This document shows, piece after piece, positions 12,250 through 26,030 of a stretch of 64,000 bases of DNA. The DNA comes from Epiperipatus broadwayi (taxonomy: Eukaryota; Animalia; Onychophora): contig JAQFVV010000010.1 of NCBI GenBank assembly GCA_028023455.1, positions 7,874,001 to 7,938,000 of the forward strand. The letters are read 5' to 3'. Every line of letters starts with the position of its first letter. The first letter of the stretch is position 1. The notes beneath the pieces were generated by a model. The model had not been told where the DNA came from. It did no database searches and saw only the letters and a list, made by a program, of their open reading frames with translations. Position numbers and translations under genes: made by a program.

Positions 12250-13199
12250 TATTGGATGAGCAGGTACTAGATAGGGATTTTATGCACAAGCCTTCTGGCA
12301 TCCATTGATTACTCTGGTTGGCACAGGGTGGCACTACTGTATGGAGAGTTTTGCCTTGTTTATTTACATAGTCAAGAATTCCAGCTGAAATTAAGCCCTG
12401 TCTTGTCAAAAGATAGTATATACTAAATAGGACTAGAGAATTTATTTATTAAATTATACATCTAATTAATACATAGTACATCTAAAACAGAATCTTGTTC
12501 TACATAAGTAAAACATCTTTTAAATATCTCATTGTAGGATAAAGATTTCTTCAACAGTGTATTATACATATCATAGCTTCGCTACAGTGCAGATCTTTTA
12601 ATAAAGAATGCTGCCTAGTTTCAATTCAGACTATCTTTTTTATATCTCAAATGAAATCTATTTTTCATCATTAGCAGTCTCTTATAAATAAGTATGACTA
12701 TTCTGATTTCAGAAAAGAATAAAAAAATTAAAAAGCAAGCAAAAAAAACAACAACTTTCGGTCAAAAATGTTGTGCATATAATTAAAAAAATGGAAATGT
12801 ACTTGCAAAAATACACAACTCTTTTGTCACTATCACAATGACCCAAGAAGGGATGAGTGGGCCTTGTACTAATCAAAGGCACTGAAGACAGTAATATAAA
12901 AAAAAATAGAAAGAGGAAAAAACAATGACAATTAATTGTAAAGATTAATCATTATTAACAAATTAATGTAATTAAAATACTAATTTATTGAATGAATTAT
13001 TTTTTAAAATTATCGTATACATTTCAATTTTTACATTATAGCTAGCACTACTAATATCAGTAATATTGAAAGATCGATACTTGATAACTTAGAATCAATT
13101 TCATCTGAAGTCCTTTTGGGGCTTAATTCATGTTAATCTTGATAACAAATATGAAGAATTCACAATGAATGAGTTGAATTATTCTCTGTAAAAGCTATT

Positions 13200-14300
13200 A
13201 TCTTGGCTTAAACAGTTTCTCAGTGATGAAACATATTTATGTATGTGTGTGAGAACATGTCCCTGTATTTAAGGACACATCTATCAGCAGGCCTATTCAT
13301 CTACATCAGAATCAGTCAATTGTGTGTTTTTGAGTAAATCTTTTTTTTTTTATTCTTCAATCACTTATAAAAGTCAAAGCATGCTACTTGTTGAATTTCT
13401 TCAGTTTTAAATATCTTCATATTTATTTGAGAGTGCAGGCATAAACTTGATGGAGTAACTTGTAAAATATAGATAACTAGATATAAATCTGCTGTAGTAC
13501 CGACTGCATAGCACATTAATAAACAATTACACAAAGATAGAATTTATATAATCCTATATCTAAGTATGAATATAATTTTATTTAATCCTTGGGGACTAGG
13601 TCATACTGGCTTTCATGATGATCACACCATTAATCACTTTGCATAACTGTCAAAGAAAGAATATTATTAAGAGTCAGCTTTAATTTTTAGAATCAATTAA
13701 GGTCAACCCAAAGAAATCTGTCTTCCAGTTTTCTAAAAGAGCTGTTTATACAAAACCTTATCTAACTAGAAATCTCCACCTTGTTCCATCATCATAGCCA
13801 AGAAAGATAATTAACAAAGTGTCAAATATTGGGACTGTATAAGTGATGATTGCACCTACATCCCCATATCAAAAATTATGTATAGAGATAGAACACAATA
13901 ATATGAGACTAGAATTTTAAACAACAATACTATTAACATACTTATAGTTAAATAATTTTAACACAGTTGCAAAATGATCCAAAAATAAAAATAAAATTAT
14001 TTAAAGATGATTAATAATTCAGATACTGACTTGATCTAACAAATATAAGATCCAATACTTATTGACAAGAATGAGTTACATGTGTAAGTGAAAAGTTAGC
14101 TTGACTAAAACCATAGCTACAATAAATTTAATTTTCAGCAGGTCCACACAGATTATCAAGTAATTTTATATTCACGTTATCCAAAGGTTTTACTAAAGAC
14201 AAATCAGATACCAATATATCAAATTCAGCAATAAAATTATGCATGATTTATATATACAGCAACAAAAATAAGGAAGATTCAAATTAATCAAAATGTATTC
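13200..14300 (-). mobile_element. Possible highly decayed CR1/L2-like LINE remnant
   Basis: Hand translation of the minus strand gives an APE-like LTH...VLDLIFVR near 14.0-14.1 kb and weak linker/RT-like fragments further downstream. No ORF; boundaries approximate. Confidence 0.3.
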
Positions 14301-17300
14301 TGCAAAGTCAAAAATTGAAATATAATTAAAATTACCCCCCCCCCCTTTATATAAAAACCCATTAAATTTTCAAATGTAAATGAATTCATAGAGAAATAAT
14401 TCTGGATATTCAGCCATTATACATAAATGCTGCACTTCCGTGGAAGTCCAAGATTCAATTAAAATTATAATTAACATTTTTAGGAAAACTAAATAAACTT
14501 GAACCTATCAAAATTATATCTAATACTTAGTATATTCAATAGGAGTCAATATATATTTTTTTATTAATTCATTTAGTACTTTGACTTTTAATCCTTATGT
14601 AAGTTATTTTCCATGCCTTGTTAATACGGATGTGGTATTTTCTTTGAATTCTATGTAGGCTTAGAAACTTACTCTGGATTTCTTTCTCAATGTTAATCTT
14701 AATGTGAATTCTGAGCCAGTTTCATTATATAAATGGATTTATTTCTTTGAGAACCATGATAAAAGATAAATTGAGCTTTGTTGTTTAAATTTATTTGTAC
14801 ATTTGCAATTCCCTTAATTTTTGTTTCATTGCTGTTTTTGAGCATTTAAGGTTTTAAATTTTCAGACTTTAAGGGACACGAAATCTTAAAGATCAAACAT
14901 TTGGCCTCAATAAAGTGGTAAAGTAAATAATTTTGTTTTACTGCATTTTATTTTTAATCTTAATGTTGTTCTAATAGTTTATTATTAGTAGGATCTTCAG
15001 TAAACTGCAGCTACATAGCCTATAAGTTACACTTTTCTTCATTTTATTTGCAATTACAATAATTAATTTGGTTGTTGCAGTCATCATGCTGTGAATGTTT
15101 TACACATTGATTCTGTTGCTTTTTGAACTGTTAAGTATCAGCTATCACCAAGTCTAGTGTTAATATATTCTATGGCCTGATCCAAAATTAGCTCATGGGA
15201 GATGTCTCTTTTAATGGCTTCCTTGTATTTTTTTCAATACTGCTGAGAATTGTTTTCTGAATTTAGTATCTGACATTCTCCACAGTAGATGTTCCAAAAC
15301 AGCCTATTCCACAAATTGTTCCACCAGTTTAATAAACAGACACTTTGCTATTTCTATAATTTTCAAGTCAGCAAAGCTCTTGAATTTTATTAAGAAAATA
15401 CTTTGTGACTCTTTATATTCTGTCAACTATACCAGTTGATTTATCCGAACAGAGCTAACTATTATTGCAGATCAGGCAAACACTACAAAAAAAAATCAGT
15501 TTGCTTAAAATAATAAATACTTGTACAAACAGTTACAGTATTTTTATATAACTAAGATTAATAATATTTAACAGTCCATCTATCTACTCCAGATTTTCTC
15601 CTTCTGAATCCGCAACCTACTTTTTCTTATGTGTAGTTTTCTTTTTCCTTATTAGTAGTATTAAAAAGTCGTGTGAAGCAGTAAATCGTTAATTAGATAT
15701 TCATTTTATGTTCGTAGAGATCAATGGTTATCAGTTAACTATTAATTTAAGTAACCATTTCTATAATACAGTATATGCATACATAATTTCTCTTGTATAT
15801 ATATAATTTATACGCGTATTGTCGATCTGAATAAAGAAAAACACCTAATTTTTCTTGGACTAGCGGCGCCTGTCATATGATTTATTATGAAAATATTTCT
15901 TTGCTTTGTAAATTCTATATTATTTTTATAATAATTTTTATACAAAACAGTAGTAATATATATTTGTTAAGCTTTACTTTTAGATAATAAATATTTATTA
16001 TTATAAAAAAATAGGATTATGCCGTAAGCTTAAAATACTGCAATGAATTTCAAACTTGTACACGAAGAATAGCTTCCCCCAAATTTGCTGCAATCTGCTG
16101 TCACGTGATTAAAATGATTCCATATTTTGCTAAAGATTTTGTTTAATCTCTTTTCTCGTTTATTTTAAATTTATGTTTTTATCTGATAGTAAATAATTTA
16201 ATTTAAATTATGCATTTTAATATAAAAATATATGGTTAATTGACTATTGATAAATGTAATCTTTAAAGACTGAAAAAAAAATCAATACGATAGGTATCTA
16301 AGAGAAAAAAACCATTGAAGCAAACAAGTAATGTTATTCCAATTATTTTGTAATTTGAATCATAGTGACATCTACAGAGGAAAAAAATAATAATTTTCGG
16401 ATGCTTCTAAATAAAAATATTTAATTGCATCATTTACAAAACTATAAATAATTTAAAATTTATATGTGTTAGTTAAATATTATATATAAAGTAACGAAGT
16501 TATGGGGAGAGGAGAATTCCGAGTAAACTAGTATTAAAAGAATGTAAAAAATTTCAGAATGAGAATAATAACGTGAGTACTTAGGAGATTTTAAAATACA
16601 AAGCCTATCTATAGAAAAAAAATATGCATAATTATAAATATAATCTGGTGATCAGACTGCAATCAGGGTTTTTTTTAGCTGCTGAAAATTTTGTAAGTCC
16701 AAAATCATTTATGTAGCTGGCCAAGAATCAATTTAGATTAACCATCTGTTTTTCGTCAGTTAGTGAATATTTAGTTAATTCTTAGTTTAATATTATGCGA
16801 TTGTAAATGTAATCTTATTGAGAGATTTTTGAAACAGTCTGTAAAACTGTGGGAATGTGGGATCAATAAAGATGGCCAACTGTTGATGAGTACTTTTAAA
16901 TATATTATAATTTATATGTTTATTTTTTTTATGATAAGTGTATGAAAACACGATAATCATCAGGGATAGTGTGCAATTTCTTGTCATCGTCTCAATATTG
17001 TTTATTCTAGCATTTCGATTTTTAAAGCTGAATCAGTTTGGCAATTATTTATACATTAGCAAAAATCTTTAAACTTATATTTTAAAAAACGTACAATCTA
17101 AAATGGATGCAAATTATAAATATTGTTATTGTTCGCTAATGCTTTATTGGGAGTTTTATTTATAAAACAATTTCCTCGTTAATTTAGCAGTTTACACAAT
17201 ATACACACATAGTATATATGTGAGTGTGTTGTTCGTTTTAAAAAGAGAAAAGGGATATTATTATAAAGATTGTCGCTTATTTTATTAAAGTTTATGAAGT

Positions 17301-18049
17301 TTAAATATAAAGATTTTTGAAAAAATTGTGTTATGGGAAAAGCCAGTAATGAAAAATTACTGATGACAATTATGTATTATTGAGAAACATTGGCCCTAAA
17401 AACTTGAAAGAAGAATGTAAAAAAAAAAAACTGCAACATTATTTTGTAACATTCATTTGAGTAATTATATAACAAAATTTCACATTTAATAACTGGAAAA
17501 CAAATTTCTCATATTATGTTCTGTTTATTGCTAATCGGTTAAATTCCCAGTTGATATTCAAACTGTAAAGTTTTTCTATCACTTTTTTTAATCAGTAGGA
17601 TTTTATGGAAATGACTATTGCTTCCCATGCAAATCAAATGCCTACTACTGTTGATTTGTGGACTTTTCTGCTTACTTTCAGTGGCCACAAGTGATAAAGT
17701 ACATTAAATTAGATGGGAAAGGTAATACTTATGGCAGTACAGTTTTAACTCTCTCCAACTCCACCATATATATTGTAGATATAACTAAATGGTGGTCATG
17801 TGATGTTTATTGACTTAAATGTAATATCTATTATAAAGGCAACTATTTCAAGTATATATGTCATTTATAATGTTTAAGGCTGAGACTAACTACTGATAAT
17901 TGAATAAATGTATTCTTCAGTCCATATGCATCCCTATTTCCTAACAAGATAACATTATTGCTGATGATAAATTTAAGAGAATAGAAATCCAATAAATAAA
18001 TTAGCTAGATGAATATTAGTATTAAAGATTTACAAAGACAAAAATTGAT

Positions 18050-21000
18050 TTAATGGAGGAATTTCATATATATCAAAGCCAGATAATTGGCATTTTGGAC
18101 AGATTAAAACTTTATGCAAATATTAATAAAAATGAGTTAATGCTAGCTACTGTAATAAATATATGCCCCCTAGCCACATGAAGCACCAAGTGTACACTGC
18201 ATCAAAGCAAACTTCAAAATTTTTGATTTGTTTTTGTCTAAAGCCATTGATAATAATCTGAGCAATTTCTCCAGAAAAATTTTTGTCGTAAGTTTTTATA
18301 AACTTCTTGGAGGAGATATTGAGATATAGGATCATATATGAAATGACGGTCAGTATCTTAAGGATTGGGCTTTAAACGAATGCAGAAATGCATCAGATCT
18401 GATGCAAGCAATGTTAGTAAAATGACTGCTAGACATGCCACACATTTAGCAGGCATTTAAATGAAGGAATCCATGTTACTATTAAAAATAAAATATTTAA
18501 TAAAAGAAAAAGACCCCATGGACTTAAAAGAAAAAATATGTTGTCACTGTAACACAGACCACAGTAAATGACATGCAGATTTTAAAATGCAAAATGTAGT
18601 AACTCTGAAAAAAATAAGCCATATAGAGACCACATATTAGACTAAGAATAAAAACCCAAGTCATCGGCAGGATAATGGATGAAAGAAACAAAATTTAATG
18701 ATAAGGCTACTGAATTTAATTAAATAAAACCTAGAAATTATTAACGATACAAAGTTCATATGGAATTAATAAGAGCAACAATAATAAATTAAAGCAGAGC
18801 CAACAATAAATTATAAATTTCGAATGAAATAATGTATTTTTAGTAGAAAGAATTAAAATAAATATGCACATGAAGGAAATTTTAAAAAAAATTACCTTTA
18901 CTGATATCACCTTATGACAATCTCTTCCTGTTGGGTAGAGAGTGGTTTAACAGCTTGAAACTCAAAAATATTTGTTAATCAAGTTAAACATATGTTAATG
19001 TACAAAAAATTTTTTTTGTCTTTTCTTCGAGTGTTATAATGGCTCTTCTGTCCATTTAATAATAAAAATATTTAATCGATCAATTTTTGCTGTAGGCTGA
19101 TTCTATTTGCACTGAAGTCAAATGCTCATATTGTAAAGGGTAATGGACATATTATAATTTATGGCAAGTACAAATAAGCTTTCAATAAAGAATTATCAAT
19201 AAATAATTACATCTAAAACACGACATGTCTCAAACAAGTTTTTCTCTAAAATTGATCTAAAAAACATGTAATTGCAAATATTGATGGGCAATGAACTGCC
19301 AAAAATGCAGGTCATTATTACACATAAAGGTTATACATGGTTAAAAGACTCAAATTTGGGATTGCAATGGTTCCTGAAATATTCCACAATTTGGTTAATG
19401 AATTAATAACAGATATTCCAGGGGCTTTCTCATATTTAATGATTTTATTTTGCTTGCTGTCATGAGAAAACAAACATGAAATTACAGAGAAATAAAATTA
19501 AATAAAGTAGGCATAATAATTAGTTCTGGAAAATGCAAATTTTAAAATAGAGAAATTTAATTCTTTATCCTACTAAGTCAAAAGTTGATCCAGTTCTACA
19601 TGCCAGAATACTGCAAGGATTTTGGGACCTAGGTAGTATTTCTTACATTTTGAAAAGATAAAAAAAAAAAAATTGAAAAGGTAGAATGAACAGAAAGAAG
19701 CAGTGAAAAAAAAAGTTTAGCCAGGATTACAGGTCTGGATCATTATGATTCTGAAAAGGAGTGATGTGATGCATATCCAATACAGATGGTGCTGACACAT
19801 CACAAAATGGCATATAAAGAACTTTAGCTCTCATGTCACATGCATCTATAAAACTTGAGTTATGCAATAAGAACGTTTTGAAAGTAATGATAGGCTATAA
19901 CTATATACTTAGAAAGAATCCATGTCTAAGCTTATTAATAGCCAAAAAGAGATTAATCCAACAGCTACCAGTACGAATGTCTCACTGATTGTTGGTATAT
20001 ATATATAATTTGAAAAATATAAATGGGGGAACTAATTGAAAGAGCAAATCAAAACGATTGATATCAGCAGTAGTAAAAAGCTGATCAGAATAAGAAAATG
20101 ATCAAAACCTAAAATGGTAAATGGACTGTTTTAAGGTAGATAAATAAATAAGCAACCATCGAATCTTCATAAGTCCTTTTGACCCAATGTTTGGTATTAT
20201 TCATTTTAAATACTTGTGTAATGTGGAAATTTGAGAGTAGCCTTCATTATTACTGGGATCAGCCTGTTATGGTAAAAATAAAAGTGTTAACTCAGTCTTT
20301 ATTGTGGTGGCCAATAATAGCAAAGTTAAAACCTATCATTTCTGGCAAGATAGTGGCCAAGAATAGCAAAGTTAAAGTCTATCATTCCTGGCAAGGTCAA
20401 GCAATAAAAAAGCCAAGAAACATGACTTACAATTGTAAGCGTTGAATTCCTTAACTCTAATACTACATTTGAGGCTCTAAGAAAAATTTGCCCATTCTAT
20501 GATATAATTGCCAGCATGACATACACTTCAGGATAATTTAAAGAACATTGTGAAAATAAAATTAATGGACAACGCAAGTATGCAGTTTAGAAGATTAAAG
20601 AATATTACAAATGGGGAAGGGATAATCAGTTTGCCTTGCATATTTGTGCAGTTATGTATAAAAGCTAAGAATACAGCTAATCTTGTTTACAGCAATGGGA
20701 GAGGACCGAGGAAATTTTTCAATGGGTGGACATGGATAAGGTTCTTTTCAGGATTTATCATATTAATCAAAATTCGGTGTATGTTAAAATACAAACTTGT
20801 GATTTATTTTATAGAAACATCAGAAGGCATTCGGTACAAATACCCCTAAACCTAAATGAGGCATGACTGGAATGCAATATGCAGAATCATAATAAACCTA
20901 TAGATAAGAATCGGAGAGAGAGTTGCTATGAAGTTAGTGAGTAGAATCGTCAAGGGCCTTGAGAATTAACAAGCTATATGTTAGTATAGGAATGAGCAGA

Positions 21001-21150
21001 TTGACCAAGATTTCAGAACAAAGAACCCGCACAAATATCAGGTCATTCATGACCAAGAGAAATTCAGAGCATTAAATGGATAACAAAGAACATACCATCA
21101 TCTGAATTGTCTAGTAAATAATATCATTAAGGAGAACAGGGTGTAGTGTT
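18050..21150 (+). mobile_element. Decayed Ty3/Gypsy (K02A2.6-like) LTR retrotransposon internal region
   Basis: Frameshifted remnants in Gypsy order: gag knuckle CRF.NAKCSN.EKISH (about 18.57-18.64 kb), RT THKG..KRLKFGIAMVPEIFH (19.32-19.39 kb), integrase Zn region MVKIKVLTQSLLWWP (20.27-20.31 kb), rve TTFEALRKI..YTSG*FKEHC and SNGRG. Purine tract then TGTAGTG at about 21130-21148. Boundaries approximate. Confidence 0.75.
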
Positions 21151-21171
21151 TTACCATGAATAGTATTCAAG

Positions 21172-21388
21172 TAAATGTTCTGGGTATTCATACAGAAAAT
21201 GGTAGCCTTTATAATTTAAACTTAGCTTTTATTAATGCTCAGCATGCTTTCAATATGCAATATCATAACCATAGCATTAATACTTCTTTAATGCTATATT
21301 TTATATAGCGAAAGCATGCTATGCATTAATAAAAGTTAAGTTTAAATTATAAAGGTTACCTTTTATGTATGAATGCCCAGAACATTTA
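21172..21388. repeat. Fold-back element / MITE-like inverted repeat with arms of about 85 bp
   Basis: taaatgttctgggtattcatac...agcatgctttc pairs with gaaagcatgct...gtatgaatgcccagaacattta. Confidence 0.8.
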
Positions 21389-23762
21389 TTTTAATATTAT
21401 ACAATTATTCAAAAAAGAGGAAAAAATAATTGGTTTTGATTTGCCATGAATTAGTTAAAGCTGGGATTTAAAGTTTAGTAGAAGTTTTCCCACCATTCCG
21501 TAACCAATAGCTAGAACTGACAGTTACCCGTATGGTTTATACCAGTAAATAAAATTATTACTGCCATTGATTTATAATCTTTCCCCTCTACTACAAATGG
21601 TCACAGTTTGGCAAAGGTATCCCAGAATAAGTGGGCAAGTCATATATAAGACTATATATTCCAGTAATGTTAATATCAATTATATTCTTTATTACTTTTT
21701 ACAATGCTTTTTTACAACTCACTATTGACAGTTTCGATTGCCCCAGCAATCATCTTCGGAACTTCTATTTGTAAAAAGTAATAAAGAATATAGATGATAT
21801 TAATATTGTATGGGACAATGCAATAAGAAAGATAACATTATAATATTCCAGTAATGTCAATCTATTGCAGATATTGCATACTGAAACTGACCTACAATTT
21901 GCAATATATATATTAATAGAACTTATCAAGTTGGAGGCTGTAATTATAAATAACTGAAGAAATGTATTCATTCCACTGCAGCATGCCCAGAAATTTTTTA
22001 TATATTAAATTTGTGCTTGAAAATATCAATAATATAACAATCATTCAGTATTTTGCATAATTATTATGCAAATACAACTAATTAATTCATTTTTTAAGCA
22101 ATGTTTGAGATTCTATTCAAAGACACTGCTAATTATGGCATTGTCAGAAACATCATATTCGCTGAATTTCAGTGAGTTCCACTGAGATTCATTTGCTTTA
22201 ATTAATGCATATTACTAGCGCCAATGGAGTTACTTGCTGCTGCAGGGTCAATAGTTATTTGAACATGCTATGCTTATCTATTTTGGTTTCTCTTCAGAGT
22301 GAATAAATTTTTATTGTTTTCATTGGATCAGCAATAAAATATTGTTGTTGTTTTTTTTCCTTATAATTAACATTTATAAATTTACATATAAATTTTTATT
22401 ACAGAAAAATATAATAAAAAATATTATTTAAATATTTATATATAATATTTTCCCAATTGTCATTAACCCAGATAATAATATTCGGCAAACAGCAGTTAGT
22501 AAAAATTAAATCACATTACTTTTAATAATGATTGGTATAGTAAAAATTAAATCATATAAGATCTTTTAATAACGATTGGTATCGCAAAAGAAAATGTTTG
22601 TGTGGCTGCGAAATTACAAATATTCTGTTCTGTTTTCCTTGCTTACTTCTAGATGTCAATTCTGCAATAAAGCAGCTCTGCTTAAAAATTTAATAGCCTT
22701 CACTGATTCATTCACTTCTCAAACTAAACGCTTCATTTTTTTCAAAACTGATTAACATGGAAGTATAATTTTCATGAAAAGGAAAAAATATTTTCACAAG
22801 GGACTCACGAAAATTGTGGTCCCTGGGAATTCTATACCTCTTCTTCTTTTCCTTAACAGATTTGCTGATAATCCTTGCTTAATTTCTCAATCCCTTTCAA
22901 GCAGAGAACTTAAAATATATCTGGTCATATGATATATATATATTTCATATATCCGATGAAATGTAATACTAAAATAAAAAAAGTTATTAAACCCTTGTTT
23001 CTAGAAAATAAATTTAATTAAAAAATAGGAATAAAACTCATTACTATCTCTCTTATTATGTATTTGTTTTTAAAACACAGGAATGTTAAAAAGTGATATA
23101 TATTAAAGCAATGTGAATATAGCACGTTACATTCTTTGTATATGCTTATACGTGTGCATCTGTATAATCATTAGTATGGCATTTAAATATAAATGAAAAA
23201 CATAGTTTCAAAATTTGCTAATAGAGGGCAATATTTTACAGTCTAGAAAAAATTTAAAATGTACAATAAATGTTTTATTTGCTAAAGAAGAAATGAATGA
23301 AAAGATTAAAAAGATAAAAGGTTAAGATGGAAAAGAAAAAGAATATTGAAGCGATAATAACTATATTAATTGGATTAGAATTAAATATTATTAATACGAG
23401 AGAATAATAAGGTAAATAAGAATAGTAATTAATATATAATTAGAGGAATAATTTAAGCATATACAGTTGCATCTTGAATCTTCAGCTTTTTGCTTTTAGT
23501 TATGTCATTCATATAATTATGGCAAAAATGAAATTTAGAGTGTTAGTTAAATAAAAATTAATTAGTAATTAAAAAAATTGCAAAAATATTCGACTGTAAT
23601 TATAATAATGAAAAGTTTAAAAATTAAATATAATGTTTATCTTAGTGATCTGTTGCAATAAGGAGTTTGCTATTGACTGGAAAAGACTGATTTCTTTTTA
23701 GGGCCTTAAAGGAACTGAACAAGACAAATTCCCCATGTTCATTCCATTCATTCTTATTGCAG

Positions 23763-23832
23763 CTGCAATTACTATGCGATCATTCATATAGAAGCAAACA
23801 TGGATGTTAGCAACCACACATCAGCCTACATG
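23763..23832 (+). other. Candidate 70-nt host exon
   Basis: Pyrimidine-rich acceptor ttcttattgcag and strong donor ATG|gtgagt. One open frame (CNYYAIIHIEANMDVSNHTSAYM). No recognisable homology and no partner exons found. Confidence 0.3.
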
Positions 23833-24149
23833 GTGAGTTTATTGGCCTTTTATTTATGAGTTTAAAATCAAGAAATGATAGGATCTTTCTTCTCAGTTGT
23901 CTGATAATTTCTAATTAAAATTGCAGTTGAGTCTTATTGAAGGCAGAATAAGTATGTATGAATAATATTTTTATTGGTGGATATTTACAGAAAAAACTTA
24001 ATTATGATCCTTAATTCTAGATCATTGTAAAGTTGCTAGCCAAAGGCAGACAATATTAAGAGTGCTCAGTTTATAGACCCTGGCGGCTATTTGATGATAG
24101 CTTTTTATTCAGATACTTACAACTGCAAATCACTTTCAAGTGAAGGAAG

Positions 24150-26030
24150 ATTGCATGAATTGGAAGATCTGTCTTATATTACATGGGAGGTAAAGAAATA
24201 ATTGATTTAAACAGCAGATATATACTTTATTACCAAAGGCATAAATATTGGAAGCAGAAGTGGAATAAGATTCATTATAAATAAAAAGTAAAAGAAAAAC
24301 ATTGAGAAGATTGATGGTATACAAGACAGAGTTACAAAATTAGTTATTCAATTAATGGAAGATAACAAATGCAGAGAATTCAGCTTTCTTACCCAAGATA
24401 TTGTCATTGTGATGAAGAAGTAGAGGATTTTTTATATGGTTGCACAAAATGCTTTTGGTCAGGCTAAACAATATTTTAAAATTGTCATGAGAGACTTTAA
24501 TATTAGAATTAATAAATGATTGAACGATAAAAATGTTGCAGGTAAATTTTATTATGAGGATAGAAATGAGAGAGACCACATACCTGTGGAGTCTACAGAA
24601 AAATCCTGTATTACTTTGAAGAAAATGTTAAATGAATATGGAAGCATCCAAATGAAAATATACAACAAAAGTGAATTATATTTTGACTTACAGAATATAT
24701 GTATTTCAAATTGTAATACTATTATTGAGATGTAAAATATGTGTTAATGCATATTAAGAAATATGAATTATTGGGGTATTTTTGATTCATTTTATTACTG
24801 ACTTTGGCCGATTAAAAAAACCCTCCTTTATCTTCTCTGTGCAAACTAGTAAACTCAGCAGAAAAGAAAAAAATTAAATGAACCTATTACTAAAAATATT
24901 TCAACTCAAGATATGCCATTTCAAAGACCTTTTCAAGCAGCAACAAATGTCAGGATTTCTGTTGGTGTCATTCTTATAGTTTTTGTGCAACAGAGCAATC
25001 CGATAAAAAAAATTTTGAATTGGCAAAGAAAGCTATAGTTTCAAAATTGTATTGTATTGGGAAAAAAGTTATTTCTACAATATAAAAATAGTGTAGGGGT
25101 AATTTTTCTTACAATATCAAGAATAAGAAGAAAAGATGGAATAATTATTAAAAAAGAGATGGTATGACATGTGTGGAAGGATTCTATAAAAAATTATACA
25201 ATAATAAAGAATGAGAAAACAAAGTATCTTCTACAATTATTATATTTTTTAAATATCCCAACATTTTAAATGAAAAACTGAGAAAGATAATTAAGTCTAT
25301 GAAGAAAAGCTCCAGGAAATGAAAGGACTTATTATTGATATCATAAAAACAGAGGAAGAAATAGAAAAATTATTAGCAAATTTATATATCAAATGTCTAA
25401 ATGATAAAGATGTACCAGATGATTAGGAAAATGCAGTAATAATATTGACATTTAAGAAATATGATAAAGAAGATATGTTCTACACAAAATCTTTATCAAG
25501 ATAATTACAATTCTTCTACAGCAAATTTTGGGTTTTAATCAATCTAAAGAACCAAGTTGGATTTTAAATTGGTTTCACTACAATAGACTATATTCAGACT
25601 TTGAAAGAATTTATAGAAAGGATAAATGAATGTGAATTGCCTATACACTTTGGATTTATAGATTATGTAAATATATTTGATTTCTATAAACATTTCTACA
25701 GTGATTAAAGGATTGGATCAAGAAGATATAGACACAAGTTACTGACATATTTTGAAAAATATTTATCAAAATGCAACATGGTAATGCAAAGAAAATTATT
25801 ATATCTCCAAAACTTTTTACAGCATATTTACAAGAAATATTTTGTGGATTAAAATGGGAAACTAAGAGAGTAAAAGTAAATGGACATTATTTAAATCTTC
25901 TAATTTTGTAGATGATGTTGTTTTTGCAAATGATGCCTCAGAGTTTCATGAAATGTTGCAAAAGTTATCAGATAAAAGTAAAAAAATAAAATTAAAGATA
26001 AATGGAAAAAAAAAGTTTAAGTTTGATATA
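24150..26030 (+). mobile_element. Decayed RTE-clade LINE (APE plus RT)
   Basis: APE remnants (EKIDGIQDRV, DEEVEDFY, KIVMRDFN, GKF..RNER) and an RT catalytic-motif remnant gtagatgat at about 25907. Colinear with 57.8-59.6 kb. Confidence 0.8.

Larger units (their letters stand above)
11691..12362. mobile_element. F1 insertion: one full minus unit (457 bp), start of a second, then a forward partial unit (12191-12362)
   Basis: actaaacatcacatgatcac recurs at 11694 and 12151. The forward arm is the reverse complement of about 11745-11915. Confidence 0.92.

Noticed and set aside
11671-12380. TSD around the 11.7-kb F1 locus (also sought at 48.1 and 51.4 kb)
   Set aside because: Only 4-5-nt AT-rich matches were found, which is not distinguishable from chance.
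17786-17812. Extra F1 copy (ggtggtcatgtgatgtttattga; similar fragment near 26200-26222)
   Set aside because: Matches of only about 20-25 nt; could be old remnants or chance, so not called as elements.
20179-20849. Two small host genes
   Set aside because: They overlap frameshifted Gypsy integrase remnants (WWP zinc-binding region, SNG motif).
24520-24735. Host exon or gene (ORF after ttgcag)
   Set aside because: GKF..RNER..VE matches the RTE APE domain and is colinear with the surrounding RTE remnant.
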